Shown here one piece after another: positions 61,864 to 64,000 of a stretch of DNA of 64,000 nt. The stretch's first letter is position 1. Each line of letters opens with the position of its first letter. The notes beneath the pieces were generated by a model. That model saw nothing but the letters and a program-made list of their open reading frames with translations. It did not search any database and had not been told where the DNA came from. Source of the stretch: an uncultured delta proteobacterium (lineage in GTDB: Bacteria; Desulfobacterota; Binatia; UBA9968); NCBI GenBank assembly GCA_963728565.1, contig CAVSLC010000028.1, positions 102,399 through 166,398 on the forward strand, given 5' to 3'. Position numbers and translations under genes: made by a program.

Positions 61864-64000
61864 CTATATCGTGGCGGTTACCGGTAGCGTGAACGTAAAC
61901 CTCGAGCCTTTGCCAACTTCGCTCGTCAGCCAAATTTTGCCGCCGTGCAGCTCGACAAACTTCTTCGCCAGGGTTAATCCCAGTCCCGTCCCTTCGCTCT
62001 TGTGCTCATAGTCGAGCCCACCTGGCGAAACTCCTCGAAGATCCTGGGTTGGTCCTCAGGCGCGATGCCGATGCCTGTGTCGGTCACTGATATCTCTACA
62101 GAACCATTACTTTGCCTTGCGTCGATCTCGATCCGGCCTCCCTCCGGAGTGAACTTCACCGCGTTAGACAGCAGATTGAGAAGTATTTGCTTGATCTTGC
62201 GCTCGTCGCCGATGAAATCCCCGAGGCGCTCGTCAATCGCGACATCAACCGTGATGCCATGCCGGGTGGCGCGCTCGCGGACAAAGGTGCGCGCATTGTC
62301 TATGGCTAAAGGGAGATCGAATGATGTCAGCTCCAGTTCCATGCGGCCGGCCTCGACCTTGGCGAGATCGAGTATCTCATTGATCAGTGACAAAAGATGG
62401 CGGCCGGAAGACAGAATGTCTTCGGTGTATTCCGCCTGTTTCTCGTTCAATTCACCGAACAGTCTTTCGCCTAATACTTCGGAGAAGCCGATAATGGCAT
62501 TGAGCGGCGTACGCAGCTCGTGCGACATGTTGGCGAGAAATTCGGACTTGTGCCGGTTTGCGGCTTCGATCTGCCGGCTCTTGTCTTCGATCTCGCGAAA
62601 GAGCCGGGCATTTTGGATCGCCAACACGGACTGGGTCGCGAAAGTTTTCAACAGCTCGATTACTTCGGGGCGAAACTCGCCGGTCGATTTGCGCCGTACC
62701 ACCAAGCCGCCGATGATGCGGTCTTCACGAAGCAAGGGGACGCCCAGGCTGGCGCGGAAACCGAATCGCTCCAGTAATTGCCTCATGCGCGGCGTGTAAG
62801 CGTGCTCTTGCAGGATATCGGGAACTTGAACGGGCTCACGGCTCGCTGCGGCTCGTCCCACCACTCCGTCTCCTAGACGTGGTGGATGGGCCCGCAACGC
62901 AGTTATGAGTTCCTCTTCCATGTGATCGGTCGCCCGCAGGAGGAACTCTTCAGAAGACTCGTCGTACTCGTAGATCGCCCCGCCGTCGGTGCCGCTTAAC
63001 TGAACCGCGTGGGAAACGATGCGCGTCAGCACGGTCTCCAAATCCAATGTCGAGCTTACCGCTTGACTGACTTCGCCGAGGGCTCTTAGCTCGCCGACCG
63101 AGCGTGTCAATTCATTGGTTCGCTCAGCCAACTCTTGAAACAGCCGCACGTTCTCGATGGCGATCACGGCTTGATCGGCGAAGGTCTTTAATAAGGCAAT
63201 TTGTTTATCGGTGAACGGCCGAACTTCGGTGCGACGAACCCCAATCGCGCCGATGGCCATGCCCTCGCGCATTAACGGAACGGCAAGCATCGTGCGTAAG
63301 CCTTGTTGTACGGCGTTATTTTTAACTCGCCAGAAGTCGTCTTCTACCACCCGAACATCGTGGAGATGTATCGTCTGCCGATCGACAATTGCACGGCCAA
63401 TTACGGAGCCGCGGTCGAGCGGTCGGATTTCGCCGACCGCCCAGTTTGGTGCGTTGCCATATGCTGCGGCGATTCGATACGAGTTATCTTCGACGCGAAT
63501 GATTGAGACATCCGGTGTTCCACAAATCCGCGCAACATTTTCAGCGATGGTATCTACTACCGGCTGGATATCTGTCGGCGAGCTAGCTATAACGCCCAAG
63601 ATTTCGCTCGTCGCCGTCTGCTGCTCCAATGCTTCTTTCAGTTCGCGGAACAATCGCGCGTTCTCGATCGCTATGACGGCTTGGTCGGCGAAGGTCTCGA
63701 GTAGTTTGATTTGCGCCGGGGTGAAGAGTCGCACCTCGGTGCGACGTGCGATTAGCGTTCCAACGAGTTCCCGCTGCTGACGAAGAGGAACGATCAAAAA
63801 CGTCCGAGCGTCGCCGCCGAAACCCAACGTTGGGAAATCATTCTGCGCTTGAACGTCGGGAACGTGAACGGTGCCATGCTCCCGTATCTGACGGAACACT
63901 GGTGCATTGATATTGATCTGCCGGTTCAGAATGGGTATCGGCCCGAAATGAGCCCGCGCCACATTGGCATCGCCCTCGCGAAGTCGCAACAACACATCAT
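61864..64000 (-). CDS. Multi-GAF histidine kinase (5' end outside window; frameshift near 62010)
   Basis: Three GAF repeats ending [27 protein letters not shown]; shifted frame gives [21 protein letters not shown] to a stop at 61864. Confidence 0.92.

Noticed and set aside
62002-63780. Long plus-strand ORFs opposite the GAF kinase, and similar shadow ORFs elsewhere
   Set aside because: Antisense shadows of well-supported genes
1-64000. CRISPR arrays, tRNA/rRNA genes, transposases, integrases
   Set aside because: None recognised by eye; a tool scan would be needed to exclude short or divergent cases

Overview
Bacterial chromosomal window. Gene content (Tad/Flp pili, sigma54 promoters, multi-GAF kinases, 'TIPPNVLARADKVIK'-type ABC binding protein) suggests a soil deltaproteobacterium-like lineage such as Candidatus Binatia; this is inference only. 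From 1 to 8.7 kb: the 5' part of a tad locus (flp, cpaA, cpaB, cpaC) beside a c-di-GMP module and a GT-C-like membrane protein. From 8.8 to 30 kb, mostly core metabolism: etfAB, a stand-alone PaaA-like di-iron protein, a decayed pncB, fabF/fabH, an HDAC-family deacylase, tat genes, arginine decarboxylase, a biotin-dependent carboxylase, an M24 peptidase, pgeF, an aas-like fusion and bioB. From 30 to 64 kb: an accessory tract of small detoxification-type genes, methyltransferases and kinases, with several integron attC-like sites but no integrase. The most unusual element is absent from the ORF track: a ~200-nt minus-strand unit (24203-24436) with a consensus sigma70 promoter, a 16-nt complement of the 16S rRNA 3' end, a 14-codon ORF, alternative hairpins and a strong terminator. 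About a dozen isolated frameshifts in otherwise intact genes look like sequencing or assembly indels. No rRNA, tRNA, CRISPR array or transposase was recognised.
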